Notes under the pieces: generated by a model | What the model was told of the DNA's origin: nothing | Seen by the model: the letters and a program-made list of their open reading frames with translations, nothing else | Databases searched by the model: none | Shown: in pieces, positions 51,306 through 61,527 of the stretch | Numbering within the stretch: the first letter of the stretch is position 1 | Layout: each line of letters starts with the position of its first letter | DNA from: Longimicrobiales bacterium | GTDB lineage: Bacteria > Gemmatimonadota > Gemmatimonadetes > Longimicrobiales > Gaopeijiaceae | Length of the DNA stretch: 64,000 nt | Direction of reading: 5' to 3' | Assembly: GCA_965226375.1 (NCBI GenBank) | Contig: CBDDCX010000008.1 | Coordinates: forward strand, 1,568,001 to 1,632,000 | Position numbers and translations under genes: made by a program

Positions 51306-53195
51306 GTGACACGCGCCACCACTCCACGCGGGGCTCTGGTCCTTTCCGCCATGCTCGTGGGACTCATTCTGGCTGCCCCTTCAAGTCTGTCCGGCCAAGA
51401 GGCGAATCCCGACTCCCTCGATCTCCTGGCCAAGGCCAAGGACGTCCAGGCGAGGTTCGAGCGGTACCGCGAGCAGCGGATTCCTCCCGAGCTGGCCACA
51501 TACGGCGGGCGCGGCTGCGACGATCTCGTGGGTCGTTTCTGCCTTCGTTTCGGGAACGGTGAAGACGACGACGAATGGATGGTGCCCGAAGAACCCGTGG
51601 AGTTCGGGATGGCGCGGGTACAGGTCCTCAGGGACCTGGCAGAGGTCGGAAAGGAGATCCCGGGCGACTCGTGGGTCTTGGGCCAGCGGGTCTACTACAT
51701 GGGTGAGGTAGGCAACTGGTCGGAGGCCGAAAACCTGATCCGTCGTTGCAGCGGCGAGCAATGGTGGTGCACGGCGCTCTTCGGCTACGTGAAGCACTCG
51801 CAGGGGGATTGGGTGTTCGCCGCAGAGATCTTCGACCGGGCGATCCAGCAGATGACGCCCGAAGAGGCGGAGCGGTTCCGCACCCCCACGTACCTGTTGG
51901 ATCCCGGAGCGATGGACGTCTACGAGGAGTACGAGGACAAGGAGGCCGCCGAGGAGCGGCTTTGGCTCCTGTCGGACCCGCTCTACATGATCGAGGGCAA
52001 CGACCGCAAGACCGAGCAGTACGCGCGGCAGGTGTTGATCCGGATGCGTGGAGAGGCGGAAAACGCTTATGGGGTTGAGTGGGGTGACGACATCGAGCAG
52101 CTCACGCTCCGCTACGGTGCGGAAAGGGCGTGGGAACGCGTAAAGTCAATCGGGAGGCAGGGTCTGCAGGACACGCGCACCATCGTGGGCCGGCATCATC
52201 CGAAGAGCAAGGAATTCCTTCCGCCCAAGGAAGGTCTGATGGATCCCGCTGAGGTGGCGGCGGGAGACTGGACCATCGGAGAGATTCGGCCGTGGACCGG
52301 GTACGCGCCTCCATATGCGCCCGACTTCGATCCACTCGAGACTCAGGTGGCCCGCTTCAGACGGGGTGACTCGCTCCTGGTGGTCGGGGCCTTCGCCCCG
52401 GCGGTCGAAGATGTACCGGTGGACGACAGGCGACAGACGAACCGAAATCCGAGGGTCGTCAACGCAGGCGCTCCCCGTAACGAGACTCGAAGCGACCGGC
52501 AGGCGAGGCTGAACCCCTTCGGACAACGCGTCGAGGTGCCGCAGCCGTTCATGCCTGTTGAACCCGAGCCCGAGGGGCCGGTCCGATCGGCACTTTTCCT
52601 GATCGAAACGGAAGGCGGCGATCGACACGAGGTCCTCGGTGAGGGTCCCGAGGGTGTGTTCCAGCTGCAGGTCGACAACGGGCGATACATCATCGGTGTC
52701 GAGGCGTTCAGCGAGAGCGCCAAACAAGCGTGGAGAGATCGGCACGGACTCTGGCAGGACGACATCGTTCCGGGCCTGGCCGCGGTCTCGGATCTGCTGA
52801 TTCTCAAGGGTGGCGGTGAGCTGCCCGAGACCCTGGATGAGGCGCTGCCGACGGTCATGGCGGCGACGCGCATTCGGGCCGGGGAGGCCTTCAAGATTGC
52901 TTGGGAGCTGTACGGGCTGCGTATCGGTGAGTCCGCGAGCGTGCGCATCGGCGTGGACCAGGGGGGACAGGGCCTCTTGCGTAGGCTCGGCGCCTTCTTG
53001 CGGGTTCTGGAGCCCGACGCGCCGGTGGTCATGACCTACGAAGATGCGGGCCCCGACGTGCTCGGCACTTTGTTCCGTGCGGTCCAGCTCAACTTGCCAG
53101 ACCTGGAGCCCGGAGAGTATACCCTCTCGGTGGAGATCGAGCTCGCCGGACGCGAGCCCATGGTCGTGGCACGGCCGATCATCATCGTTCCATGA
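51306..53195 (+). CDS. Hypothetical secreted protein (TPR-like N-part, Ig-like C-terminal domain)
   Basis: Long ORF with signal peptide; CDDLVGRFC, WWCTAL and LWLLSDPLY motifs. Confidence 0.7.
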   Translation: MTRATTPRGALVLSAMLVGLILAAPSSLSGQEANPDSLDLLAKAKDVQARFERYREQRIPPELATYGGRGCDDLVGRFCLRFGNGEDDDEWMVPEEPVEFGMARVQVLRDLAEVGKEIPGDSWVLGQRVYYMGEVGNWSEAENLIRRCSGEQWWCTALFGYVKHSQGDWVFAAEIFDRAIQQMTPEEAERFRTPTYLLDPGAMDVYEEYEDKEAAEERLWLLSDPLYMIEGNDRKTEQYARQVLIRMRGEAENAYGVEWGDDIEQLTLRYGAERAWERVKSIGRQGLQDTRTIVGRHHPKSKEFLPPKEGLMDPAEVAAGDWTIGEIRPWTGYAPPYAPDFDPLETQVARFRRGDSLLVVGAFAPAVEDVPVDDRRQTNRNPRVVNAGAPRNETRSDRQARLNPFGQRVEVPQPFMPVEPEPEGPVRSALFLIETEGGDRHEVLGEGPEGVFQLQVDNGRYIIGVEAFSESAKQAWRDRHGLWQDDIVPGLAAVSDLLILKGGGELPETLDEALPTVMAATRIRAGEAFKIAWELYGLRIGESASVRIGVDQGGQGLLRRLGAFLRVLEPDAPVVMTYEDAGPDVLGTLFRAVQLNLPDLEPGEYTLSVEIELAGREPMVVARPIIIVP

Positions 53196-53201
53196 GGGTG
53201 C

Positions 53202-53765
53202 ATGAAAATACGGCTCTACGCTCAGCCCCCCGGGCGAGCCTCCATGCTCATCGAGGTGGACCTCCCGGAGGGTGACGAGACTGACCCGGTAAAGCTCAAG
53301 TGCTTCAGCCCGCCCCCCAACGATCAAGCCGAGATCGCTCAGTACGGTGGAGCCAAAGCCTGGGCCATCACCCTCACCGACGAAGACGTGGCGAGCCTGC
53401 AACGGCTGTCGTCGGACGTGCGGATCGTCCCATTCGGTGATGCGAAGCCGCGGGCTGGCGGCTGGCCGGTGGAACTCTCCTTCGCATCGGGGCAGGCCGA
53501 AGTACGGCTCAACTGGTGGATGCGGGCGCCCACGGAGTGGACCGTCGTCCAGGAGTTGATCACAGCCCTCATGAATCTGTCTGAGCGCGAGCGGTCTGGT
53601 GAATTGGATCCGCGCGAGCTCGACGGCGGTGTCGACGATGACGATGACCTGCAGGAGGCGGGGTCGGCTGCCGAGAGCGCGCGGGGAACCGGCGTGGGCA
53701 CGGGCACAGCCGGAGCGGCCCCCGGCCAGAAGAAGGGCTTCTTCGGACGGCTCTTAGGAGGATGA
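53202..53765 (+). CDS. Hypothetical protein
   Basis: GAGG RBS; tight operon spacing; ends KKGFFGRLLGG (amphipathic membrane-targeting-like helix). Confidence 0.7.
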   Translation: MKIRLYAQPPGRASMLIEVDLPEGDETDPVKLKCFSPPPNDQAEIAQYGGAKAWAITLTDEDVASLQRLSSDVRIVPFGDAKPRAGGWPVELSFASGQAEVRLNWWMRAPTEWTVVQELITALMNLSERERSGELDPRELDGGVDDDDDLQEAGSAAESARGTGVGTGTAGAAPGQKKGFFGRLLGG

Positions 53766-54191
53766 CCGGAACCGCGCTTATCACCGACCCCATGTCGGTG
53801 TTCGCCTTCCTGGCGGGCACGGTGGCGTTCATCTACTGGGTCTCCGGACTCCCCCGCTTCGAGAAGATCTTCGAGTATACGCCGCAGGTCATCTACGTGT
53901 ACTTCCTGCCCATGTTTGCCACGACCGTGGGCATCACTCCCTCGAGCTCACCGGCCTACGATTGGCTGACCCGGTACCTGCTGCCGTTCGCGTTGCTCCT
54001 CCTCATGATCTCCATCGACTTGAAGGCCATCTTGAAGCTCGGCCCGATCGCCCTGTTCATGGTACTGGCCGGAACGCTTGGGATCATCGTGGGCGGCCCC
54101 GTTTCATATGTCCTCTTCAAGGGATTCCTGCCGGCCGATGCGTGGACCGGATTCGCGGCACTCTCGGGAAGCTGGATCGGAGGGACGGCGA
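53762..54191 (+). pseudogene. 5' part of a DUF819 family membrane protein, truncated
   Basis: TM segments, LLPFALLLLMISIDL and GSWIGGTA, followed by unrelated sequence. Confidence 0.75.
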
Positions 54192-54510
54192 CCCCGGTCC
54201 GTGCCACTCCGGCCTCATCCTCCGTGGCGACCTCCACACCTGCACCGATCTCGAAGTTTCGAAACAGGCCAGTTTCCAACTCGAAGAGCCCTCCGAATGC
54301 CTTGCGACCGGCTTCGGTCCATGCGCCCTCGAGGCCCACCTGGAACTCCCATTCCAGGTACTTCTTCGGGTACGCATCCGTGACGTGGAGAGGTCGATCG
54401 GGATCGAGCGATCGGAAGTCTTCCTGTGCCGCCCCATGGCGGGGTGACACCGTGAATACGGCACCGACCAGGAAAAACAACCAGGATCGGATCCTATGAG
54501 GGGGCCTCAT
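54191..54510 (-). pseudogene. 5' part of a secreted / outer-membrane transporter-like protein, truncated
   Basis: Signal peptide then QEDFRSLDPDRPLHVTDAYP...ELETGLFRNFEIG; runs into the DUF819 remnant. Confidence 0.6.
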
Positions 54511-55634
54511 CTTCCACCCTCCGCCGGCCGCAAGGGCATCATGAGCTGGGTCATCGGGACCATTTGAGACTCGGGATGACCCTGCGGGAGCCACGACCCA
54601 TCCGGAAGTTCCGTGGGGACCCGCATCGCGCTCGGCGCCATGACGTGGTCTCCTCCCATCGGCAGCCCCGGCGCCACCACGAAGTCCTGAGTAGCATAGA
54701 GCTGATTCCGCAGCATCCGGTCGATCTCCGCCTCCTTTTGCTCCCGGCTGAGACGCTCGTCGACCATGATGTCGTTCGTGATGTCGTGCATCATGTGGAG
54801 GTTGTCGAAGATATGAGCGGCGGCCGGGAACATCTTCGAGAATCGGGGGGCCACCTCCGCGGTCAGCGGCATATAGTCGGGCGGGTCCACGAGCACCGAA
54901 TCGACGAAGAGTGTTATGACCCGGTCGAGCTCTCGGGCCTGTGCTTCGGGGGTGGGCTCCATGAGCGCCTCGTACACGGCGGCGTGATGCCAGTGATACG
55001 ACCACAGGATCCCGTTGATGCCGGGATACTTCCTGGGAAAGATCCCGGCCCACGCTCCTCCGCCCATCATCCAGCGATGACCGTATCCGCGCGTGGAGTA
55101 GGCTGCGTCGGGGGTCCCCAGGTAGTACGCGATGGCCCGCTCCCCCACCGCTCGCTTTTGCGTCACCTCCGGGTCGGTGAGGATATCGTAGAGTTGGCTG
55201 TGGAGGTGGTGGGTCCAATCCATGCTGCGGCCGGTCGGATACGCGATCTTGGTCCACTGGGGAGCGATGAGCTCGGCAGGCGGCCCGAACCTGGGGGGAT
55301 CGATGACCAACCGTCGAATACGCGCCTCCAACTCCGCGAACGCGTCTGTCGCGTCCTCGCCCATAGTGAGCGCCACTTCGTAGATCCCGAAGTGGGCCAC
55401 GTGAGCCGCGTAGAACGATCGCGCCGCGCTCGTGTGGGTGTCGTAGAACGCGAAGTTGTAACTAGCCGGGAGGTAAAACTGACCGTTGCGGGGGATCACA
55501 CCCGTGCATGAGGCCAACGTCACGGCCAGGAGAGCTGCCGCGGGGAGTCCCGACCTTTTGCGTAAGATACGCCGACATGGCGGATCTGCCGGGGTCTGAG
55601 AATCTAGAATTCTCAGGTGTTGTGGGTGCTGCAT
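54507..55634 (-). CDS. His/Met-rich hypothetical lipoprotein
   Basis: GAGGA RBS; lipobox LASC; WTHHLHSQLYDIL, HWHH and IFDNLHMMHD motifs. Confidence 0.78.
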   Translation of the reverse strand: MQHPQHLRILDSQTPADPPCRRILRKRSGLPAAALLAVTLASCTGVIPRNGQFYLPASYNFAFYDTHTSAARSFYAAHVAHFGIYEVALTMGEDATDAFAELEARIRRLVIDPPRFGPPAELIAPQWTKIAYPTGRSMDWTHHLHSQLYDILTDPEVTQKRAVGERAIAYYLGTPDAAYSTRGYGHRWMMGGGAWAGIFPRKYPGINGILWSYHWHHAAVYEALMEPTPEAQARELDRVITLFVDSVLVDPPDYMPLTAEVAPRFSKMFPAAAHIFDNLHMMHDITNDIMVDERLSREQKEAEIDRMLRNQLYATQDFVVAPGLPMGGDHVMAPSAMRVPTELPDGSWLPQGHPESQMVPMTQLMMPLRPAEGGR

Positions 55635-55677
55635 GTGTTCCTCGTTCAGGCTTGGGCTCGAGAAAGTCGCTTCGAAC

Positions 55678-56058
55678 TCAGCCCAAACGAGGAGGGGGAG
55701 TCGCGGTCCCCGACTCGGGTGGCGTTATACCAACGAGGGACGTCACGGGAGTCGAGAAGACGGGCTTGACCTGCGCGACAAACCGGTCGGCCGTTGCCAC
55801 GACCGCCACTCCGCAGACCGCCATGGCGCACGTGTCCGCGTTCGGCCCCGGCGCGTCCGAGTGGTCACCATGATGGGGCGGACGTCCGTCGGATGCTGGC
55901 GACGTCGTCCCCGGTGCGCGGTGTCCCATGGCGGTCTGGTGATCCACGCTGATCTCTGACCGCGCCTCCGCGTCCACAGAGTGAACCTGGCAGAATGTCT
56001 GGCTGACCAAGAGGCCGACGTAGAACATCAGAGCCAATGAGGCCGTGTGTCTGACCAT
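55678..56058 (-). CDS. Small His/Cys-containing membrane-anchored protein (metal-operon leader-like)
   Basis: N-terminal hydrophobic helix, HHGDH, CAMAVC and terminal PPPR. Confidence 0.6.
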   Translation of the reverse strand: MVRHTASLALMFYVGLLVSQTFCQVHSVDAEARSEISVDHQTAMGHRAPGTTSPASDGRPPHHGDHSDAPGPNADTCAMAVCGVAVVATADRFVAQVKPVFSTPVTSLVGITPPESGTATPPPRLG

Positions 56059-56207
56059 CGTTGCGGTGTCGACCTCCAGACGGGTCGAGGGTATCGGCAG
56101 CGTGCGCGGGGCCTTTGACTCTGCCACACCTCACCATGCGCCGCCAAGCTCACGACCACAAGACCACCGGCGCAGACCCCGCCACTTCTCGACTCGACCG
56201 AGCAGGA

Positions 56208-56684
56208 CTAGTTCGCCGTCACGCCCATGACGTACGCGGTCCCTTCACCGCAGCCAGCCTCCGACGCCGGCCGCGACCGCTCCGTCACGAACCCCTCGGC
56301 CTCGTAGACCGCCTGGGCACGTTCGTTGAAATCGTAGACGTCGAGCCAGAGGTGGTTGGCTCCCAGATCTCCGAACGCCGCCTCTTTTACGAGGCGCATG
56401 GCGTCCTTACCGTAGCCCCGGCCCTTTTCGGAGATGGCGATGCGCTTGAGCTCGACGCTCTCCGAGCCCACGCTTCGGAGGATGACGAACCCCACGTTCG
56501 CGCTTCGCTCCGTGTCCTCCAGCACCCAGTGCGCCATGGCGGGATCGGCCAGAGCCGCCCGGTGTTCCTCGATGGGCCAAGGAGCGATAAAGGGCGCTGT
56601 ATCCGGATCGGCCTCGAGTGCGAGCACGTAGTCGAGGTCCGCTTCTTCGGTCGGTCGGAACCGCACCGGATTCTTCAGGTCCAT
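56208..56684 (-). CDS. GNAT family N-acetyltransferase
   Basis: KGRGYGK and LWLDVYDFNERAQAVYEAEGF motifs. Confidence 0.9.
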   Translation of the reverse strand: MDLKNPVRFRPTEEADLDYVLALEADPDTAPFIAPWPIEEHRAALADPAMAHWVLEDTERSANVGFVILRSVGSESVELKRIAISEKGRGYGKDAMRLVKEAAFGDLGANHLWLDVYDFNERAQAVYEAEGFVTERSRPASEAGCGEGTAYVMGVTAN

Positions 56685-56739
56685 CGGGCTTTCCCGATGC
56701 CGCTGCTCGCGGCCGTAAGGATGGTTACGGATCCGTCGC

Positions 56740-57476
56740 TCATGCCGTCACCTCCCTCTGCGGTTCGGCCTCGACGAGTGTCTGCCAATGTGAGACCACG
56801 CGAGCCGCCAGGACCTGTCCCCCATCGACCAACGGCAGAGGCGGTTCGCCGTCTACGAGGTAATTCAGGTCGGTGCAGGCGATGAGGCCGACGTTGGCGC
56901 CCTCACCACTCAGTTCCGCCAGGAGCGCACCCAACAGCGCCCGCGGCTCGGCAAGGTCGGAGACGCCTCGAGGGCCCGTTGGTACAGACCTGAGTCACGA
57001 GTCGATCGCGTGGCCAGCAGTGCCACCGGCCCGGCGGCGCTCGGAACCGCATCCACGGCCGCTTCGACCATGTTGATCAGGGGCACCGTCACCCGGTCGA
57101 CCAAACCCTCGTAGTAGACGTGAGCCGAGTTACACGGCATGGCGATGAAGTCGACCCCCGTGCTCTCGAGCCACTCCAGTCCTCGGCCGATGGTCTCCTG
57201 AATTTCGGCGTGGTCCAACTCTCGATCGAAGTAGTAGGGAATGGGCCACGAGAAGACGACCATGGGCGGGTAGTCGGCTTCGTGCCGCGCGCCCAGCTGC
57301 TGCTGACACGCGTCCACCACGAAGTCCAGGAACGGCCCCGTGGAGCGAGCCCCCATACCCGCCAAGAGACCGATCGTGGGACGCCCCGACGGGTGCCGCT
57401 GAACCGCCGTGTGCGAAGGTTGTCCGTTCACAGCAGCATTCATTCGCACCCCTCCGTCCATTCTCAGAATGCTCAA
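56740..57476 (-). pseudogene. Aspartate/glutamate racemase family protein with internal deletion and frameshift near 56960
   Basis: IGLLAGMG and PCNSAH in one frame; IACTDL in another frame after the break. Confidence 0.8.
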
Positions 57477-59914
57477 TCATCACGCAGGGCCACGGTCGGA
57501 CTCACCCGCGTGGCCCGTCTCGCCGGAAGATATGTGGCCAGGAGCACCACGGCAGCCAGCAGGCTGGAGACTGCACCGTAGACCAGCGGATCAAACGGCT
57601 CCACGGCGAGAAAGACGTCCGAGAGGAGGCTCGTGAGCGCTACCGAGGCCGACAGACCCAACCCGACCCCGGTCACGGCCAGGACAAAGGCCCCCCGGAG
57701 CACGCCGTGGATGATCTCGATGCCCTGAGCACCCAGCGCCATCCTCAATCCGAACTCCCGGGTGCGCCGTCCCACTGAATACACGGTCACGCCGTACACT
57801 CCGGTGGCGGCCAACAACAAACCGACGCCGGCGAAGATCAGCAGTACGAGTCCGTTGAACTGCACCCGGCCCAGCGACCGCGAGACGATGCTCTCACCGG
57901 TCGTCGTGCGGTAGGTGGTGGCCGACGGGCCGACTGCCGTAACGACCCGGCGAACGGCCGGGATCAGAGACTCGGCTGGGACCGAACCGCGGACTCCGAC
58001 TGCCATGACCGACACATAAGCGCCATCCGTCTGACTCATCGGATAATAAACCGCTGGCCGGATATCTTCCTCAAGGCCGCCGCTCCGCACGTCGTCGACG
58101 ACCCCCACGATCTCTAGCCAGGGCCGGTCCCGGCCGTACGAGCCCCGCTTGATCCGTCGGCCCAAGGCGGAACCGGCGGGCCAGAAGCGTTCCTCGAAAG
58201 CGCGACTCACGACAGCGACCCCGGGAGCGTCGAGCGCGTCCGTCTCCAAAAAGGTACGCCCCCCCAGAAGTGGTATGCCGGCGGCGCGGAAGAATCCGTG
58301 CGTGACGATCCTCCCGATGGCCGAGTGCGCCTGGTTCGGATCGGCGGGTGGCTCGTCCTCCACGGAATAGGCGTATCCCCAGTCCTCGTCGTCCAGGGGA
58401 AAGATATGGGCGCCCCCGGCGGCCTCCACCCCCGGCAAAGCCTCCATCCGTGCCAACACCTCGGTAAAGAACGCCACCCTGCCCTCATGGGTGCCCGCCA
58501 CCGAGCCGGGGGCCGACACACGCACCACAGCAAATCCGTCGGGCCTGAATCCAGGGTCGACGCTCTGCAGCTCCCGGAAGCCTCTCACCATGAGTCCGGC
58601 TCCGACGAGCAAGACCAGGCTCACGGCGACCTGCCCCATGACGAACGCGTCTCGGATACGGCGCTCGCGGCGACCCGCACTCGGGCTCCGTCCGCCCCTC
58701 CCAACGGCCTCGACGGCGGTGGTCCGGCCGCGCACCGCCGGGACGACGGAGAGCATCAACGCCACCGCAAAGGCCAGACCCACCGTCAATGCGAGCGAAC
58801 GTCCGGAGAACTCCACGCTGTCGAACGCGGCGCTGTCGACGGGGGCCAGAGTGAGGAGGGCCATCACACCCCAACCCGCGAGTGCCGTGCCCAAGACGGC
58901 TCCCAGGCCCGCAAGAATGACGTTCTCCGACAGGGACTGCCGGAACAAAGACGCCCGGGAAGCACCCAAAGCCGTCCGCACGGCCCTCTCCCAAGACTCT
59001 TCCTGCGCCCGCGCCAGGAGGAGGTTGGCCACATTGGCCACTGCGATGAGAAGCACGAACACCGAGGCGCCCAGGAGCGCCTGAAGCGGCGTCTGAAACG
59101 CCCCGACCTGGGCCTCCTGGAGGGTCACGGCTTCGATTCCGTTGTCGCCGAGGATCATCGGCTCGCGCTCGGCCAACCTTGCGGACACACGCCCGAACTC
59201 GGCCGCCAGGTCCGCCCGGCTCGCCCGATCTGCCAGCTTACCCACCATGATCAAGCTGCCCCAGGAAACCCACTCCCCCTCAGCGTAGTCGCGCCGCAGC
59301 AGGTTCACCCACACTTCGGCCCGCCCTGGAATACGCTGGCCCTGGGGAATCACCCCGACAATGGAAGCGGATTCGCCGGACACATCGAGCGACCGCCCCA
59401 GAACGGACCGGTCGCCACCATAACGCTGCCGCCAGACCGCCTCGCTGATCAACGCCACCCGATTATTCCCCTCAACCTCTTCTTGGGTGAAGGTAGGACC
59501 CAGGACCGGCTGAATCCCCAGAGCCGCAAAGCTGCCCGGCATCACCCGAGCGCCACTCATGCGCTGGGCGACTCCGTCCTCGAGCACGTCGAAATCTGTG
59601 GCGAAAAAGCCTGCCACAGACTCGAGCGCCTCGCTCTCCTCCGCGACGGCCATATAGGTGACGGGTGCCACCCAGAATCGTCGGTCAGGATCCTGACGGT
59701 CGAGGTTGAAACTGAAGATCTGGACCAAACGCTCTGCGTCTTCGAACGGCATCGCGTCCACGAGAACCGAACGAACCACCGAGTAGACCCCGGACGTCGC
59801 GCCGATCCCCGCCCCCAGGCACGCTATGATCACGATCGAGACCGCAGGCCGACGCGTGATCCTGCGGACCGCCAAACGGATATCGCTCCACACTTCATCG
59901 ATCCACTTCGTCAT
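57473..59914 (-). CDS. ADOP-family duplicated ABC transporter permease (MacB/FtsX-like)
   Basis: DIRLAVR, VLLIAVANVANLLLAR, DPGF, RTREFGLRMALGA and PARRATRVSP motifs. Confidence 0.92.
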   Translation of the reverse strand: MTKWIDEVWSDIRLAVRRITRRPAVSIVIIACLGAGIGATSGVYSVVRSVLVDAMPFEDAERLVQIFSFNLDRQDPDRRFWVAPVTYMAVAEESEALESVAGFFATDFDVLEDGVAQRMSGARVMPGSFAALGIQPVLGPTFTQEEVEGNNRVALISEAVWRQRYGGDRSVLGRSLDVSGESASIVGVIPQGQRIPGRAEVWVNLLRRDYAEGEWVSWGSLIMVGKLADRASRADLAAEFGRVSARLAEREPMILGDNGIEAVTLQEAQVGAFQTPLQALLGASVFVLLIAVANVANLLLARAQEESWERAVRTALGASRASLFRQSLSENVILAGLGAVLGTALAGWGVMALLTLAPVDSAAFDSVEFSGRSLALTVGLAFAVALMLSVVPAVRGRTTAVEAVGRGGRSPSAGRRERRIRDAFVMGQVAVSLVLLVGAGLMVRGFRELQSVDPGFRPDGFAVVRVSAPGSVAGTHEGRVAFFTEVLARMEALPGVEAAGGAHIFPLDDEDWGYAYSVEDEPPADPNQAHSAIGRIVTHGFFRAAGIPLLGGRTFLETDALDAPGVAVVSRAFEERFWPAGSALGRRIKRGSYGRDRPWLEIVGVVDDVRSGGLEEDIRPAVYYPMSQTDGAYVSVMAVGVRGSVPAESLIPAVRRVVTAVGPSATTYRTTTGESIVSRSLGRVQFNGLVLLIFAGVGLLLAATGVYGVTVYSVGRRTREFGLRMALGAQGIEIIHGVLRGAFVLAVTGVGLGLSASVALTSLLSDVFLAVEPFDPLVYGAVSSLLAAVVLLATYLPARRATRVSPTVALRDD

Positions 59915-59973
59915 CGTGTCCTCGCTTCACTTGGGATCACACGCCGGCCGCCCCCTGGCTGGCCGAACGCTCG

Positions 59974-61446
59974 TTACACACCCTGAAGAAGTCCCGACTC
60001 TTCCATGATCTCCTCACCGATCCGCACCGCCTCGCGAGCGAACAGGTCGAAGTCCTCTCGCCGGCTCCGGTGGTTGCAGATGCAAGCCCGGATGGTGAAC
60101 TGCCCTCTCACGTGGGTGGAGGAGGGCACCGCGATTCCCTGCTCCTGGATGCGCATCAGAAGCTCTCGATTCAGCTCCTCCAGCTCACCCGGATCGACTC
60201 CCGCCGGGGCGAATCGCAGCGCCACCACATTGAGCGCCACCGGAGCCATGAGCTCCAGTCCGGGATCTTCCTCCACCAGGCCTCCCAGGTAACGGGCCTG
60301 CTCCACGTTCTGCGCCACCAGCCGCCCAAACTTCTCGAACCCATGCTCCTTGAGCGTCATCCACACCTTCAGGGCCTTGAAGCCCCGTGAGAGTTGCGGG
60401 CTGCTGAGGTTGGTGGATTCGGGCTGCGCACCGGTCCCCCTGGGCAGCGGCTTGAGGTAGTCGGCGTGCACGGAGAACGTGGCTCGATGGGCTGATACGT
60501 CCCGGATCAAGATGCACCCCGCCTCGTACGGCACGTACATCCACTTGTGAAAGTCGAAGGCCAGCGAGTCGGCACGGTCCATGCCCGACACAAGGCCCCG
60601 CGTCTCGGGCGAGAGGGCCGCCATGGCACCGAAGGCACCGTCGAGGTGGAACCAGAGATCTTCGCGTGCGGCCACGTCGGCGATCGCATCAAGATCATCG
60701 ATGGACCCGGTATTGATCGTGCCGGCGGTGCCCACGACGGCAAAGGGCCTCATGCCCTGTGAACGGTCCCGGGCGATGGCGGCCTCGAGCTCGGGGATCA
60801 CCATCCGTAGTTCGTCGTCGACCGGGATGATCCGGGCCGCGTCCTTGCCGAGACCCAGCAGCTTGGCGGCCTTGAACATCGAGGAATGAGTCTCTGCAGA
60901 GACGTAGAAGACCAACTTGCCCCTCTCAGCCCCCACCCCGCGCTCCGACACGTCGTAGCCGGCTCGGGCGTCCCTTCCGACGGCCAGGCCGATCAGGTTG
61001 GCCACGGAGCCGCCGCTGGTGAACACCCCCGATGCGTCCTCGGGGAATCCCAGTGCCGCCTTCATCCAATTCACCACCTGCTTTTCTACTCGGGCAGCAC
61101 CATCGTTGAAGGGTCCGGGGACTGCGTTCATGCCGGCGGCGAGCATGTCCGCCATCATCCCCGTCGGAGAGCCGGTGCTACCGGCCCACCCCCAGAAGCG
61201 GGGATGATCGGTGCCCGTGGGATACGGGAGGACGAGCTCGAGAAAGTCCTCGTAGGTCGCCTCCACTCCCTGTCCTTCGATAGGACGTGCCTCCCCGAAA
61301 CGGGCATCGACGGCGTCGGGGACGGGGCGCCAAACAGGTCGCTCCCTCACATCGCGCTGAGCGTCGAGCATCTGGTCCACCATCCGGTAAGCAAGGGCCC
61401 GAAACGCCTCCCAGTCCTGAGGATCGAGGGTCTCTTCACTCATCAT
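59974..61446 (-). CDS. Group II PLP-dependent (aromatic amino acid-type) decarboxylase
   Basis: HPRFWG, TSGGSVAN, TAGT, HLDGAFG and DFHKW motifs. Confidence 0.92.
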   Translation of the reverse strand: MMSEETLDPQDWEAFRALAYRMVDQMLDAQRDVRERPVWRPVPDAVDARFGEARPIEGQGVEATYEDFLELVLPYPTGTDHPRFWGWAGSTGSPTGMMADMLAAGMNAVPGPFNDGAARVEKQVVNWMKAALGFPEDASGVFTSGGSVANLIGLAVGRDARAGYDVSERGVGAERGKLVFYVSAETHSSMFKAAKLLGLGKDAARIIPVDDELRMVIPELEAAIARDRSQGMRPFAVVGTAGTINTGSIDDLDAIADVAAREDLWFHLDGAFGAMAALSPETRGLVSGMDRADSLAFDFHKWMYVPYEAGCILIRDVSAHRATFSVHADYLKPLPRGTGAQPESTNLSSPQLSRGFKALKVWMTLKEHGFEKFGRLVAQNVEQARYLGGLVEEDPGLELMAPVALNVVALRFAPAGVDPGELEELNRELLMRIQEQGIAVPSSTHVRGQFTIRACICNHRSRREDFDLFAREAVRIGEEIMEESGLLQGV

Positions 61447-61527
61447 CCCACCTCACATTATTCAACCACGATTGTTTGACGATTGTGTCGCCAGAGCGTG
61501 GCCCCGCCCCACATGCACAGCGATCTC

